A stretch of 64,000 nt of DNA, from contig CAWJZV010000023.1 in the NCBI GenBank assembly GCA_963847445.1, positions 32,001 through 96,000 on the forward strand. The letters are read 5' to 3'. Origin of the DNA: an uncultured delta proteobacterium. Its GTDB lineage: Bacteria; Desulfobacterota; Binatia; UBA9968. The number at the start of each line of letters is the position of its first letter. The first letter of the stretch is position 1. Both the position numbers and the translations under genes were made by a program. Positions 47,547 to 59,537 of this stretch are shown in pieces. The notes beneath the pieces are model-generated. The model saw only the letters and a program-made list of their open reading frames with translations. It did not search any database and was not told where the DNA came from.

Positions 47547-48594
47547 TCAGCCTTTACCATCAATGTCCAAGATGATCTTGCCGAAATGTCGGCCTGCCGC
47601 CAAATCGCTGCTGGGCCATGGCCGCTTGTGCCAGCGGGAAACACTTTGTCGATGACCGGCTTGGTACCGCTGGATTCCAGGAAGTTAAGCACCTGGCGCA
47701 GTTCATCGCGGCTGCCGAAAGATGAGCCGAAGACTTTCAAATGATGCCAAAAGATTCGCCGCAGATCGGTCGCCGGCTGCGCTCCGGCGCTGGCGCCGCA
47801 GGTCACCAGCCGTCCTCCTCTGGCCAAAGCGGCGAAGCTCTTCGGCCAGCCTCGCCGCCGATGCAGTCGACGACGACATCGACGCCGCGCTTGGCGGTAA
47901 GCCGGCGCACTTCCGATGGAAAATCTTGGCTTTGCTCGTCGATGCCATGTGCCGCGCCGAGAGCTTTCGCTTTGGCTATTTTCGCTGCGCTATCGGCGGT
48001 GACGATGGCGTGGGCGCCCAGTCGCAGCGCCAGTTGCAGCGCCGCGGTTGCCGACGCCGTCGCCAATGCCGCGGATCAACACCAGCTCACCTGGCTTGAG
48101 CTCGGCGTTGGTGATCAACATGCGCCAGGCGGAGACGAAGTCGCCGGCGATGGTCGCGCCTTCCTCGTAGGAAAGTCCCGCCGGCAGCGCGAAAGCAGTT
48201 TTGCGCACCGCAGCCGGAGATACTCGGCATAGGTGCCGTCGACTGTTTCGCCGAGCCGGTGCGGCTGCTCGCACAGGGATTGTCGGTCGCTGCGGCATGC
48301 GCGGCATGCGCCGCAGCCGTTTTGCGGGTAGAGGCACACGGCATCACCGTTCTTGAAGTCGTTGACGCCACTGCCAACGGCAGCGACCACACCGGCGCCG
48401 TCGCTGCCGAGAATCCGCGGCAGGCAGAGTCGCTGGCGTCGCTACCTTGGCGAATTTGCATGTCGGTGTGGTTGACCGCAGCGGCTTTCAGACGAACGAT
48501 GACATCGTCGGGTGACTGCAGATTGGGGATCGGCCGTCTCTTCGAAACGCAGTTGTTCGACGCCGCCATGGTGATGAATCCGTATCGCTTTCAA
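47547..48594 (-). CDS. Zinc-binding alcohol dehydrogenase/quinone oxidoreductase (MDR; many frameshifts)
   Basis: AAAVNHTD, CGACRAC..C structural Zn site, GTYAEY, GGRLVTCGAS, HFGKIIL. Confidence 0.82.
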
Positions 48595-48702
48595 GACCGT
48601 TTCCTAGACAAGTATCAATTCGTTAGCAAGAACGAAAATCAGAGTCAAAGGGAGATGAAGATTTGGCATTCACCGACAGACGCTGCGTTGAAGCAAATCT
48701 TA

Positions 48703-48746
48703 CGTTTCTCCGCGTTCTCTGCGTCTCTGCGGTAAAATTCCGAACT
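48703..48746. repeat. CGCAGAG-type intergenic repeat
   Basis: ctccgcgttctctgcgtctctgcggtaaaattccgaac; complementary relative at 59603-59688. Confidence 0.6.
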
Positions 48747-48762
48747 GAAATGAGAGGAACGG

Positions 48763-49116
48763 TTAAGCTGAGAAGGAAGTGCCGCAGCCGCAAGTGGCGG
48801 TGGCGTTGGGATTGCTGAACTTGAAGCCACCACCGTAGAGGCCGGATTCGTAGTCGATGACCATGCCTTGGAGCAATGGCACACTGGCGCCATCGACAAA
48901 GACTTTTACACCGTTCTGTTCGAGGACGATGTCGCCGGCTTTTCGTTCTCTGTCGAAGTCGAGTTTGTAGGAATGGCCGGAACAGCCGCCGTCGGTCACG
49001 CTGACGCGCAAACCATGCCCGGTGCGATTATCGCGCGCCAAGAGTTTTTTGACCTGCTCAATAGCGCTCTCCGTTAGTTTCAGGTCGAGCAGGAATTCGG
49101 GATTGGCCATTTCCAT
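48763..49116 (-). CDS. iscA: A-type Fe-S carrier (HesB/IscA)
   Basis: GGCSG..Y, IDY, NPNA..TCGCGTSF. Confidence 0.93.
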   Translation of the reverse strand: MEMANPEFLLDLKLTESAIEQVKKLLARDNRTGHGLRVSVTDGGCSGHSYKLDFDRERKAGDIVLEQNGVKVFVDGASVPLLQGMVIDYESGLYGGGFKFSNPNATATCGCGTSFSA

Positions 49117-49237
49117 AAAGTCACCTGTCAGTAAGGGTAATGCCGACGCCAAGGGGCAAGTCAAGGTCGATTTCAAGGTTTGGGATCGATCGGATCGCTC
49201 GCACCATCACCTGCACTCGGTAACAGAATGGGTCGAG

Positions 49238-50169
49238 CTATTTCTCGAAGAGCGCCTGAACGAAGCTTTCGGCTTCGAAGGGCTGGAGATCTTCGACATC
49301 TTCGCCGACACCGATGTATTGGACCGGGACGCCGAGTTCTTCTTGGATGCTGATGATGACGCCGCCTTTGGCGGTGCCGTCGAGTTTGGTCAGGACGATG
49401 CCGCTGATGTCGGTGGCCTCTTTGAAGACCCGGGCTTGCTGTAAGCCGTTTTGCCCGGTGGTGGCGTCGAGCACGAGCTAGCGTCTCGTGCGGCGCTTCG
49501 GGCAGCTCCCGGGCGATCACCCGGCGGATTTTCTTTAGCTCTTCGATCAGATGAACCTTGGTGTGCAGGCGGCCGGCGGTGTCGATGAGCAAGCACATCG
49601 ATGTTGCGGCTTTTGGCCGCTTGCATGCCGTCGAAGACCACCGCCGAGGGATCGGCGCCGGCCTTATGTTTGACGACATCGACGCCGACCCGCTTGGCCC
49701 CAGGCATCGAGTTGCTCGATGGCGGCGGCGCGGAAGGTGTCGCCGGCGACCAGCAATACTTTCTTACCGTCGTTACGATACTGGGCAGCCAACTTGCCGA
49801 TGGTGGTGGTCTTGCCGACGCCGTTGACGCCGAGAAAAATAACCACCCAGGGGCGCGCCGAAAGCGGCGCACGTTTGAGCGCGGCAACCGAGCCGCGCAG
49901 CATCTCGACCATGGCGGCTTGCAGTTTGGCCGACATTTCCTGGGCTGAGATCTTCGCTGTTCGCCCGGCGACTGACGGCGCAGCGCCTGCATCAACTTGT
50001 CCGTGGCTTTGACGCCGACATCGGCGGTGATCAGGCTCTCTTCCATCTCGTCGAGGGACTGTTCGTCCCATTGGCGATTTTGCAAGATCGTGCCGATCTT
50101 CTGCACCCAGGTCTCGCGACTTTTGGTCAATCCTTGTTTGAGCCGTTGAAAAAAAGCGCCGACTGCCAT
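49238..50169 (-). CDS. ftsY: SRP receptor FtsY (frameshifts)
   Basis: [51 protein letters not shown]. Confidence 0.95.
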
Positions 50170-50383
50170 GGGCTGATACTCTGCGAAGCTGTGCTGAGAG
50201 TCAAACGGCAGGCTCGAAAAGCTGGCGTGGAGTGGAATTAGTGTCTCGATCGAGGATGGTAGAGAATTTTAAGCGAAGTGACGTTCGCCATGCCGGCGCA
50301 GACGCCACCCGGATTCCGGCTTGCGCGAAATGACAAGGATTAACTCGATCGACAAATCACGCTCGACTTCGAGCCGAAGGCGA

Positions 50384-53300
50384 TCAATTCATGCGTACCG
50401 AGACGACTTTGGATACGCCGGGTTCGGCCATGGTGATGCCGTACAGCATCTCGGCAGATTCCATGGTCTTCTTGTTGTGGGTCACCAGGACGAATTGCGA
50501 GTGGCTGCTCATCTCGTGGATCATGTCATTGAAACGGTCGAGATTGGCGTCGTCGAGCGGGCGCGTCGACCTCGTCGAGGAAGCAGAAGGGGCTCGGTTT
50601 GGTTAAAAAGATCGCAAACAGCAAACTGACCGCGGTGAGCGCCTTCTCGCCGCCGGACAGGAGCGTGATCGACTGGAGCTTTTTCCCCGGCGGTTGGACG
50701 ATGATGTCGACGCCGGTTTCGAGAAAGTCGTTTTCGTCGGTGAGCACGAGCTCTGGCTTTGCCGCCGCGGAACAGGCGCGGGAAGATCGCTTCGAATTTC
50801 TCGTTGATCGCTTCGAAAGCTTTCCTTGAAGCGCAGCCGGCAGATGCGGTTCAATTTGACGATGGTCTGCTGCAAGTCGGCGATGGATTTTTCCAGATCT
50901 TCCTTTTGCTGGCTCATGAACTGGAAGCGTGTGGTCAGCTCTTCGTACTCGCCGATGGCGGCGAGATTTACTTCGCCCATGCGTTCCAGGCGGCCGCGCA
51001 GATCTTCGATGTCGAGCAGCAGTTGATCGCGCGACGGGCTTTCCTCGCCGGCGTCGGTGGCCAGCGACTCCAAGTCGGTGTCGTATTTTTCGCGCAGGTT
51101 GTCGGCAAGATGCTGCAGGTTGAGCCGCTTTTCGGCGAGCGTGAGCTGAATCCGGCTGCGCTCTTCCTGGCAGGCTATCGCCCAGCGGGCCGCAGCTCCT
51201 TGATAGTTTCGCCGATCTCGGCCAGCTGCATGGAGATCGCCCGATAGCTTTGCCGGTCGGCCTGCAAGCCGCTGCTCCAAATTCTCAAGCGCTTCCTTGG
51301 CGCCTGCGCAGCGACGCTTCGGTTTGCCCCAGCGCCTCGGCGATTTCGCCGCGCTGGCGTTGACAATCGGCGCCGCGGGTCTGCCAGCTGGCGATTTCTT
51401 GCTCGGTGTCTGCTCGTTGGCTTAAGCGATTGGCGAGATTGGCATGGGTGTTCTCGCGCTTTTCCCCCAAAGCGGCATTGCGTATGCGCGACTGCGTCAC
51501 CGCCGCTTCGGCGCTCTCGACGGCACTGCGCAATGCGCCAAAGCTCGCTTGCTGCTGCGCCAGGGTTTGTTCGCCGGTCAGTTTTTGCGCCGTGCGGGCT
51601 TCGATCATTTCGTAATTGCGCTGCGAGCTCGTCGCGCAGATTTTGTAATGCGCCGCGAGATCGCTTTGCTCCTGGCTGAGCGCCTGCAGGGTGCGGCTCA
51701 AGCGTTCATGTTCCTGACTGGCGGCACGATTCTCATGTTCCAAGCGCACCCGGTCGAGTTCGAGGCGATGGATCTCGTTGCTCAGGATAGTTCTGACGGG
51801 TTTGCGCCTGATCGAGTTCTGCTTTGAGTTTTGTCGAACTCGCTCTCCGCATCGGGGAGTCGGGCGGCGCAGATCGGCCAGGGCGCTGCCGAGTTCGCGA
51901 ATGCGCCGGCGCTGGGCGAGCAAATTGCCTTCCAAGCGGGGTGGTGCTGCCGCCGGTTACGGTGCCCATGGAATCGATTACTTCGCCGTCCGGTGTGACA
52001 ATGGTGCAGTAATAACCGTTGCGGTTCCATAGGGCCAAACCGGCGGTCAGGTTTGGCACGACGATTACGTCCGAGAGCAAATATTCGGCGATTTCCCGAT
52101 AGCCGTCTTTTATCGACACCATGTCGAGCAGCGGCGCGATCACCTCGGCTTCGCCCGAGCGGCAGGGGTTCTTTTTGACGGTGGCGCAACTGCATGGGCA
52201 TAAAGCTGCCGCGGCCCGACGCCTGTTGCTTGAGGAATTCGATCGACTCGATGCCCTCTTCATGGCCCTTGACGATGACGTACTGCAGCCGGTCGCCCAA
52301 GACGGCGGTCAAGGCCTTCTCGTAGCTTTCCGGCGCTTCGATGACCTCGGCGACCAGGCCGTAAACGCCGTTGGGCGAAATCGCCTGCTGCTTCTTGAGC
52401 ATGATGGCGCGCACGCCTTCTTGGTAGCCTTCGTAGTTGCGCTGGAGGTCTTCGAGGGACACGAGTCGTGAACGGTGTTCCTGGATCTCAGATTTGAGGC
52501 CGTCGATGTGCTGCTGTTGCTCGTCGCGCGCATGGCTGAGGGTCTGGATCGACGCCGTCACCATGGTCGATTCGAGCGCGCGCTCGCGCAGCTCGTCGAC
52601 GCAGGAGTTTAGCGCCTGGCCGGTCTCCTCGCGCCGTTCGGCGCACGCGGTCAACGCGCCGGTCGCCTGGGAAGATTCGCTTTGGCAGCGCGCCAGCTCG
52701 GCGGCAATTTCTGCCTGGCGTTTGTCTTTCGCCAGGCTGTCATTTTTCAAATAAGCGATCTGGTTGGCGGCGTCGATGAGCGCGGTTTTTTCCCGGTCGA
52801 TGTCTTCCTGCAGGGTGCGGATCTGCGCCTGCAGGCCGGTCAGTTCGGTTTCGCGCTCGCGCAGAAAAGTTTCTTCGAAAAGCGACAGCTGGATAAAGCT
52901 GTCTTTAGCTTTAGTGAGTTCTTCGATCTCCTGGTTCAGGGTTCTCAGCCGCTCGTCGACCGTGGTTAAGGCGATCTCTGGCTTCGTTTTCCGCTTGTTC
53001 CAGTTGTTCGAGATCGCGCCGGTAGAACTCGCATTTCTGCTCGTCGGTTTGGATTTGCGTGCGGCGTTGAAAAACGCGTCTTCTTGCTGGGCGCCGATGG
53101 CCTTGTCGGCTTCGAGCAGCGACAGCCGCACCGATTCGTTCTCCGCTTCCTTGCCATGGAGCGTGGCCAGATGTTCGGCCAGGCGGTTTTCGACCGCGGC
53201 GAGCCGCTGTTCCTGTTGGGCGATCTCGCCATGCAAAGCGTCGCGCTGCATCGCGGTGAAGGCGAAATCTTTTTCGCGCAGTTCGGCTCTGAGGGCGCGG

Positions 53301-53958
53301 TAGCGTTCGGCCTTCTTCGCCTGCAACTCCATGGTGCGGATCTGCCGTTCGATCTCGCGGACGATATCGCTGACGCGCAAGAGGTTTTGCTGGGTGCGCT
53401 CGAGTTTTTTCTCGGCGACCAGCTTGCGGCTCTTGTACATGCTGGTGCCGGCCGCTTCTTCGATCAGGCCGCGCCGTTCTTCCGGCTTGGCAGTTGACCA
53501 ACTCATCGACCTTGCCCTGCTCGACGATGGAGTAGGCTTTGCTGCCGACGCCGCTGCCCAAGAACAGCTCGATTACGTCCTTCAAGCCGGCAAGTGGATT
53601 TTGTTGATGGCGTATTCGGACTCGCCGGAGCGGAACAAGCCGGCGGGTGACCATGATCTCGCTCAAGTTGCTGTACTCCGCCGGGCTGCGGCGATCTTCG
53701 TTGTCGAAGGTGATCGATACTTCAGCCATGCCGGTGGGCGGGCAGGCTATCGCTGCCGGCGAAGACCACGTCCTCCATTTGATGGCCGCGCAGGTGGCGG
53801 GCGCTTTGCTCGCCCATGGCCCAGCGCAGGGCGTCGACGATATTGGACTTGCCGCAGCCGTTCGGGCCGACGACCGCCGTGACACCCGGATTGAACTCCA
53901 CGGCAGTCTTCTCGGCAAAGGACTTAAAACCAATCATTTCAAGGCGTTTGAGGCGCAT
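50384..53958 (-). CDS. smc: Chromosome partition protein Smc (many frameshifts)
   Basis: [14 protein letters not shown], coiled coils, hinge ([15 protein letters not shown]), [14 protein letters not shown]. Confidence 0.96.
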
Positions 53959-54015
53959 TATTTAATTCTATTTTAGGTAACTTTTTGGCAAGACTCGGAA
54001 GCTAAATATGCCGCC

Positions 54016-54044
54016 ACTATTTCATAGCTGTCGGGGGGTGTCAA
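54016..54044 (-). promoter_or_regulatory. Putative sigma70 promoter of smc
   Basis: TTGACA-17 nt-AATAGT with an extended -10 TG. Confidence 0.55.
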
Positions 54045-54051
54045 GAATAAA

Positions 54052-54142
54052 TCACAAGATACGGTGGGGCCTGTGGATAACTTACCACTATATATTGAAT
54101 TAACGCGCTTGCACCGGCTTCCGGCGGGTGGCCTGTGGATAA
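54052..54142. promoter_or_regulatory. Two NrdR-box-like motifs interleaved with two perfect DnaA boxes
   Basis: CACAAGATACGGTG 54053, TGTGGATAA 54072, CACTATATATTG 54086, TGTGGATAA 54134. Confidence 0.6.
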
Positions 54143-54183
54143 GTTGCGGCTGGCGATCAGCCGGATCGACCCGGCGCTAGCGT

Positions 54184-54813
54184 TCAAGTAGTTCGGTATT
54201 CCAGTAGGAGGCGTCGACGGTATTGAGGAAAGGGTGTCCACTCCCGGTAGCGCGACAGGCTGAAGGTCTCCTGCATGAACGGCGTCCACTGCGGGCGCAC
54301 CGGATTGCGCGTCAGCAGCATGCCGGCCTGTTGCGGTGTCCGGCCGCCCTTGCGCCGATTGCACTCATGGCAGGAGCAGACCACATTCTCCCAAGTCGAT
54401 ACGCCGCCTTGGGAACGCGGAATGACGTGATCGAGATTGAGTTCCTGGCGCGGCAGCCGCCGGTGGCAGTACTGGCAGGTCAATTTGTCGCGGGCGTAGA
54501 TATTGAAGCGGCTGAAACGCACCTGGCGCTTAGGCACCCGGTCGTAGGTCACCAGCAGGATCACCCGGGGCACGCGAATGACCCGATTGACCATGCCGAC
54601 GGTCTCGTCATGGGCGGAGATCGACAAGATCGCTCCAGCTATCGAAATCGAAGGTTTGATACTGTTCGTTTACCGCTTTGGCGATGCCCTGGTAGAGCAG
54701 CACGAAGGCGCGCTTGACCGAGGTGACATGGATCGGCAAGTAGGACCGATTGAGAATCAGGACCTTGGTGTTGAGGATCGAATAACCTGGACGCTGTGGC
54801 TGAATAAACTCAT
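54184..54813 (-). CDS. HNH endonuclease (frameshifts; start uncertain)
   Basis: VLILNRSYLP, RDKLTCQYC, LDHVIPRSQGG..WENVVCSCHECNRRKG. Confidence 0.9.
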
Positions 54814-55070
54814 AGTCAGCTTTGTCATCGCAGAATGATGGCGATCGGGTCGACGGTACTCTCATGAAAAGTACCGGGCTCCTGCGCCAATGTCAATTTG
54901 ACGCTGTAGCCAAGCGCGCAGCTTCATCTTGATCTCACCGGCGATTTCTTTTATAACTCGATGTCAGCTACTTTCTCTTTTGCTATTCGTCGGTTGCGCT
55001 ATTCCCTACACGGCCCGCCTCGCACCGCACCCACCGGCATCGCCAAGAGTTTAGTGTCTACAGTAAAACT

Positions 55071-56587
55071 ATGAAACAAGAAATTATTATCAATTCCACG
55101 CCCCAGGAAAGCCGCATCGCGATCGTCGAAGACGGTCTGCTTGGCCGAGTTCTTGGTTGAACGAAAAGAAGAGATGGGCATCGCGGGCAATATCTACAAA
55201 GGCAAAGTCGCGCGGGTTTTACCCGGCATGCAAGCGGCCTTTGTCGAGATCGGCATGGACAAGGCGGGATTTCTCCACGCCTCGGACTTTTCCGCCCTCG
55301 ATGACGTCCATCTGATCAGCCCCGCCGGCGACGATGTCGAATTCGAAGAGGCGCCGGCGCCCAAGCCCAGTCCATCGCGCCACTCTGCCCTTGGAAAAGC
55401 AGCTTTCCCGCGGCGAAGAAGTGCTCGTGCAAGTCGCCAAGGATCCCCTCGGCACCAAAGGCGCGCGGGTGACGTCGCATATTTCCCTGCCGGGCCGTTA
55501 CATGGTTTTCATGCCGGGCAATAAGCATATCGGCATCTCGCGGCGCATCGAAAGCGATGAGGAACGCAAACGGCTCAAGGAGATCGCCCAGTCCTTGGGC
55601 ACCGAGGAAGGCGGCTTTATTCTGCGCACGGCCTGCGAGGGGCTGAGCAAGCGCGAGATTCAGCACGACCTGGGTTTCTTGCAGAAGCTCTGGAAAAGCA
55701 TTCAGAAGAAGGCCGAAAGCGCGCCGTCGCCGTCGCTGATCCATCAGGATCTCGATCTGATCGCGCGGGCGATTCGCGATTTTTTCACTGCCGACACCGA
55801 GCAGGTGTTGATCGATTCGCCCAAGGATCACCGGCGCATCGTCGATTTTGTCCGCCACTTCATGCCGCGCTTGAAGTCGAAGATCAATCTCTATTCCGAC
55901 AAGGAGCCGCTGTTCGAGCAGCTCGGCATCGAAGAAAAGATCACCAAGGCGCTCGACCCGCGCGCTTGGCTGCGCTCGGGCGGCTACATCATCATCGAGC
56001 GCACCGAAGCGCTGACCGCGGTGGACGTCAACACCGGCCGCTTCGTCGGCAAGCGCAGTCAAGAAGAGACGATTCTCAAGACCAATCTCGAGGCGGTGCA
56101 GGAAGTGGTGCGGCAGTTGCGGCTGAGAAATGCCGGCGGCCTGATCATCATCGACTTCATCGACATGGAGAAAGAGGCCAACCGCAAGAAGGTCTATGAA
56201 GCTCTCAAGGAAGCGCTGAAAAAAGACAAAGCGCGCACCAATATTTTGAAAATCTCCGAGCTCGGTCTGGTCGAGATGACCCGCCAGCGCACCCGCGAGA
56301 GTCTGGAAAACCAGTTGCTGCGTTCCTGCCCGCACTGCGACGGGCGCGGCCGGATCAAATCGCCGGTGACCGTGGCCTACGATGTCCTGCGCGCGATCAA
56401 GCGTCATCACGCGGGCATGGATAACGGCAGGAATATCGTCGTGCGTCTGCATCCTGATGTCGCCAACTTTCTCTACGACGAGAAGAACAACAGCCTGGAA
56501 AATCTAGAGCACGAGATCGATCACCGGATCATCATCAAGGCGAGCCAAGAGCTGCACCACGAGAAGTACGAGATTTCCGAATCGTAA
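55071..56587 (+). CDS. rng: Ribonuclease G (Rne/Rng family; frameshifts)
   Basis: GNIYKGKV..PGMQAAFV, KDPLGTKGAR, DVNTG, IIIDFIDM, EMTRQR, CPHCDG. Confidence 0.94.
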
Positions 56588-56600
56588 GATTCCGATTCAG

Positions 56601-56677
56601 CACGAAGACACGAAGGACACGAAGGTTTCGGAGGTTCGAAATTCCGAACTTCGTGAGCTTCGTGTCTTCGTGGTGAA
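56601..56677. repeat. CACGAAG-family inverted repeat between convergent genes
   Basis: cacgaagacacgaaggacacgaag...cttcgtgagcttcgtgtcttcgtggtgaa. Confidence 0.85.
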
Positions 56678-56692
56678 GGTTTCGATACACCG

Positions 56693-57349
56693 CTACTGGA
56701 TCAGTTTTTCGGCCAGGCGTGGATGTCGGTGTCTTTGCGCAGTTTCTTCTTGGTCGTAAACTTCGTAGTGGGTGAAGGCGCTAATCGGGCGCCGGGGTTT
56801 GGCTTTGGGCCAGCTGCTGGCGTGGCCGATGGGCATGACCCAGAGCAAGCGCAATTCGTTCGGCACCTTGAACAGTTTTCTCAATTCCGGCTCCACTTCT
56901 TCACGCACGGATACCCACACCGTGCCCAGGTTCATGCTGGCGGCGGCGAGCATCGCTTGCTGCACGGCGTTGGCGATGCTGGCTTGGAAGAGTTTTTCCC
57001 GGTCGCCGGGCTGGCGCGTGGTCAAATAGACTTGCTTGGTGCGCGCCTCGCCGCAGACCAGCACGAGCACGCTGACATCGCCGACATAATCTTTTTTCAA
57101 GCCCTTGTAGTTGACCGGGTCTTCTTTTTTACGGTCGCGCCATTCCTGGGAATAGATCTCGCGCACTTTCTTCATCTTTTTGCGGTCGCGGGTAACGACG
57201 AACTCCCAGGGCTGGGTGTTGGCGCCGGACGGCGCCCAGCGCGCCGCTTCCAAAATATTCTCCAGTTGTTTCGCGCTCACCTTGCCGGTTTTGTAGACGC
57301 GCACGCTGCGCCGGTGGCGGATGATTTCGAGCAAATTTTCAGTGTCCAT
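56693..57349 (-). CDS. Nitroreductase family protein
   Basis: RRSVR, AARWAPSGANTQPWEFVV, LGTVW. Confidence 0.9.
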   Translation of the reverse strand: MDTENLLEIIRHRRSVRVYKTGKVSAKQLENILEAARWAPSGANTQPWEFVVTRDRKKMKKVREIYSQEWRDRKKEDPVNYKGLKKDYVGDVSVLVLVCGEARTKQVYLTTRQPGDREKLFQASIANAVQQAMLAAASMNLGTVWVSVREEVEPELRKLFKVPNELRLLWVMPIGHASSWPKAKPRRPISAFTHYEVYDQEETAQRHRHPRLAEKLIQ

Positions 57350-57420
57350 GATTATCCTTTGACAGCGATCAAGTTCTATTCTTCCAGGTTTACTGTGGCC
57401 GAGTATTCACGACGAAGGGC

Positions 57421-57799
57421 CTAGCGCAGCACAGCCGCAAGCGAATGGGAAAGAGCTTTTCACCACGAAGTGTCGATGATCTCACGCTCGCCTACAGAGC
57501 ATGAAAATGGTTGGCATTCCCAGAACATGCTCCCCTCCTCGATTCGTCATTCCCGCGCACGCGGGAATCCAGGTTTGTTTTGCGCCGAATTAGCATGGAT
57601 ACCCGCTTTCGCGGGTATGACGGAGCCCCGCAGGCTCTTCGTTGTGCATATCATCCCCTCACAGGTATTTCCGAAGGAGGACACGAAGATCACGAAGGAA
57701 GAGACTTAACTTCCGAACCTTCGTGTCCTTCGTGCCTTCGTGGTGAGCTATCCTTTGCGAGTTTTGCGCCCTTTGCGGTGAACTCTCCGATTCCGAATC
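57421..57799. repeat. Composite/nested intergenic repeat region
   Basis: CTAGCGC repeat, split CACGAAG element, internal gtcattcccgcgcacgcgggaatcc...ggatacccgctttcgcgggtatgac (relative at 6218-6245), CGCAAAG element (relative at 15140-15182). Confidence 0.8.
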
Positions 57800-57800
57800 G

Positions 57801-59537
57801 TCAATTGAGCGAGACCTGGCTGCGCCGGCCGAACCACCAGGCGATGAAGATGAAAGGCGCCAGCACGAGCGTCATGACTAACGTAACGGCGGAGGCTTTG
57901 TTGATATTGCCGCCGTACCAGTAGCTCCAGATCACCGCTGGCAGCGTGATGTTGTCGTGCACGGCGAGAAACACCGCGGCGGTCAGCTCGCGGTAGACCA
58001 GCAGCGCGGACCAGATCCAAACGGAAAAAAGCGTCGGGCGGATTAGCGGAAATAGGATGCGCCAAGCGGTCCTAAAGTTGGAAAGTCCGGCGACGAACGC
58101 GGCTTCTTCCAACTCGCGATGAATCTGGAGAAGCGCGCCGTTAAGCGCGCGGGTGGCAAACGCCAGACGCGCTACGACATAGACGATGGCGATCAGCCAA
58201 ACCGTGCCATAAAGCGGGATCGCCGTGCCGAGGACAAATAGCGAGAGCAGCAATGCGCCGATGGACAGTATCACCTCCGGCAATGCCTGGGGCAGGAATG
58301 CGCCGAACTCCAGGGCGTAGCGCATTTGGCTGCGCGAGCGCACGATCAGCCATGACAGGCTGAAGGCGAGAAGCAGGACGACCAGGGGCACGACAAACAC
58401 CAAGATGGCGGTGTTCGTCAGACCGCGCGCGACCAGCTGCCAATCCATACCGTAGAAATGAGTGAGCGAGAGCTGGCGCATCATGGCATAGGACGGCGTC
58501 ACGAAGTACGGCGTCAAAGCCGCGTAGGCGATCAACAGCAGCGGCACGATTTTCGAGATCAGGGCGTAGACGGTGATGAATCCCCATGCGGCTATGGACC
58601 ATTTGCCCAGAGGGATCAACGCCGGCCGATAACCTTTCCCGGTGACGACCTCGAAGCGGTGGCCCTGGCGCAATACTTGGCCGTACCAGAGGGTTAACAG
58701 ACCGGCGATCACGATCATAAAGGCGCCGACGACGCCGGTGATGCCATACTCCGGCAGCCCGGCGCCCTGTGGATGAACCTTGAGGTAGATAAACGTGCTG
58801 AGCATATAGACGCGATTGCCCAGACCTAGGATGGCCGGGATATCGAAGGTGGCGACGCCGATGGTCAAAATGTAAATCACCGCCGCGAGTATTCCTGGGC
58901 GCGCCAGCGGCAACGTCACACGCCAGAGAATCTTGCCGTAGCCCATGCCATGGACGCGCGCCGCCTCTTCGAGGCTCGGATTCATGGCGCGGAACATCTG
59001 CGCCGTCAGGATGAATGCCAGCGCCGACAGACTGAGCCCCTGGACGAAGCCCATGCCGATGGGCGTGGCGATATTGACGGGACCGTCATCGAGATTGAAC
59101 AGCTCGACCAGCCAGCGATTGACCAAACCGATGCGCGGGTGAGCGATCATCGTCCAACCCATCGCCGTGTAGATTCCAGGAATTAACAACCCCAACGTCA
59201 TGATCACGTAGATCAAAGTCTTTCCTGGGATCGTGGTTCGCTCCGCAAGCCATGCGACGGGTAGGCCGAAGAGCATCGCGAAAAGAGTCGTCGTGACGGT
59301 AAAAATCACCGTGTTGGTAACGACGCGGTAAAGTAGCGGGTCGGTAAAAACATCACGATAATTTCCCAACGTGTAGATCGCGCTGGGCGTGCCGAAGGCG
59401 CCCTTCTGCAAACTGATCCAGAACATGACGATGACCAGGACGAAAATCACCGCCATCGGAATCAGCGCGAGGGACAACAGCGGGGACGGCGCATTGCGGC
59501 GTATCAATCCCGAAAATCTAAGCACGGCTTCGGTCAC
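57801..59537 (-). CDS. ABC transporter permease, two-domain (FbpB/ThiP-like)
   Basis: Two EAA loops (LEEAARVHG, LEEAAFVAG); about 12 TMs. Confidence 0.92.
   Translation of the reverse strand: MTEAVLRFSGLIRRNAPSPLLSLALIPMAVIFVLVIVMFWISLQKGAFGTPSAIYTLGNYRDVFTDPLLYRVVTNTVIFTVTTTLFAMLFGLPVAWLAERTTIPGKTLIYVIMTLGLLIPGIYTAMGWTMIAHPRIGLVNRWLVELFNLDDGPVNIATPIGMGFVQGLSLSALAFILTAQMFRAMNPSLEEAARVHGMGYGKILWRVTLPLARPGILAAVIYILTIGVATFDIPAILGLGNRVYMLSTFIYLKVHPQGAGLPEYGITGVVGAFMIVIAGLLTLWYGQVLRQGHRFEVVTGKGYRPALIPLGKWSIAAWGFITVYALISKIVPLLLIAYAALTPYFVTPSYAMMRQLSLTHFYGMDWQLVARGLTNTAILVFVVPLVVLLLAFSLSWLIVRSRSQMRYALEFGAFLPQALPEVILSIGALLLSLFVLGTAIPLYGTVWLIAIVYVVARLAFATRALNGALLQIHRELEEAAFVAGLSNFRTAWRILFPLIRPTLFSVWIWSALLVYRELTAAVFLAVHDNITLPAVIWSYWYGGNINKASAVTLVMTLVLAPFIFIAWWFGRRSQVSLN

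Noticed and set aside
50384-54813. Wadjet/Lamassu-type SMC defence system
   Set aside because: Smc has a canonical hinge and sits next to ftsY; no JetA/B/D or LmuA/C-like partners
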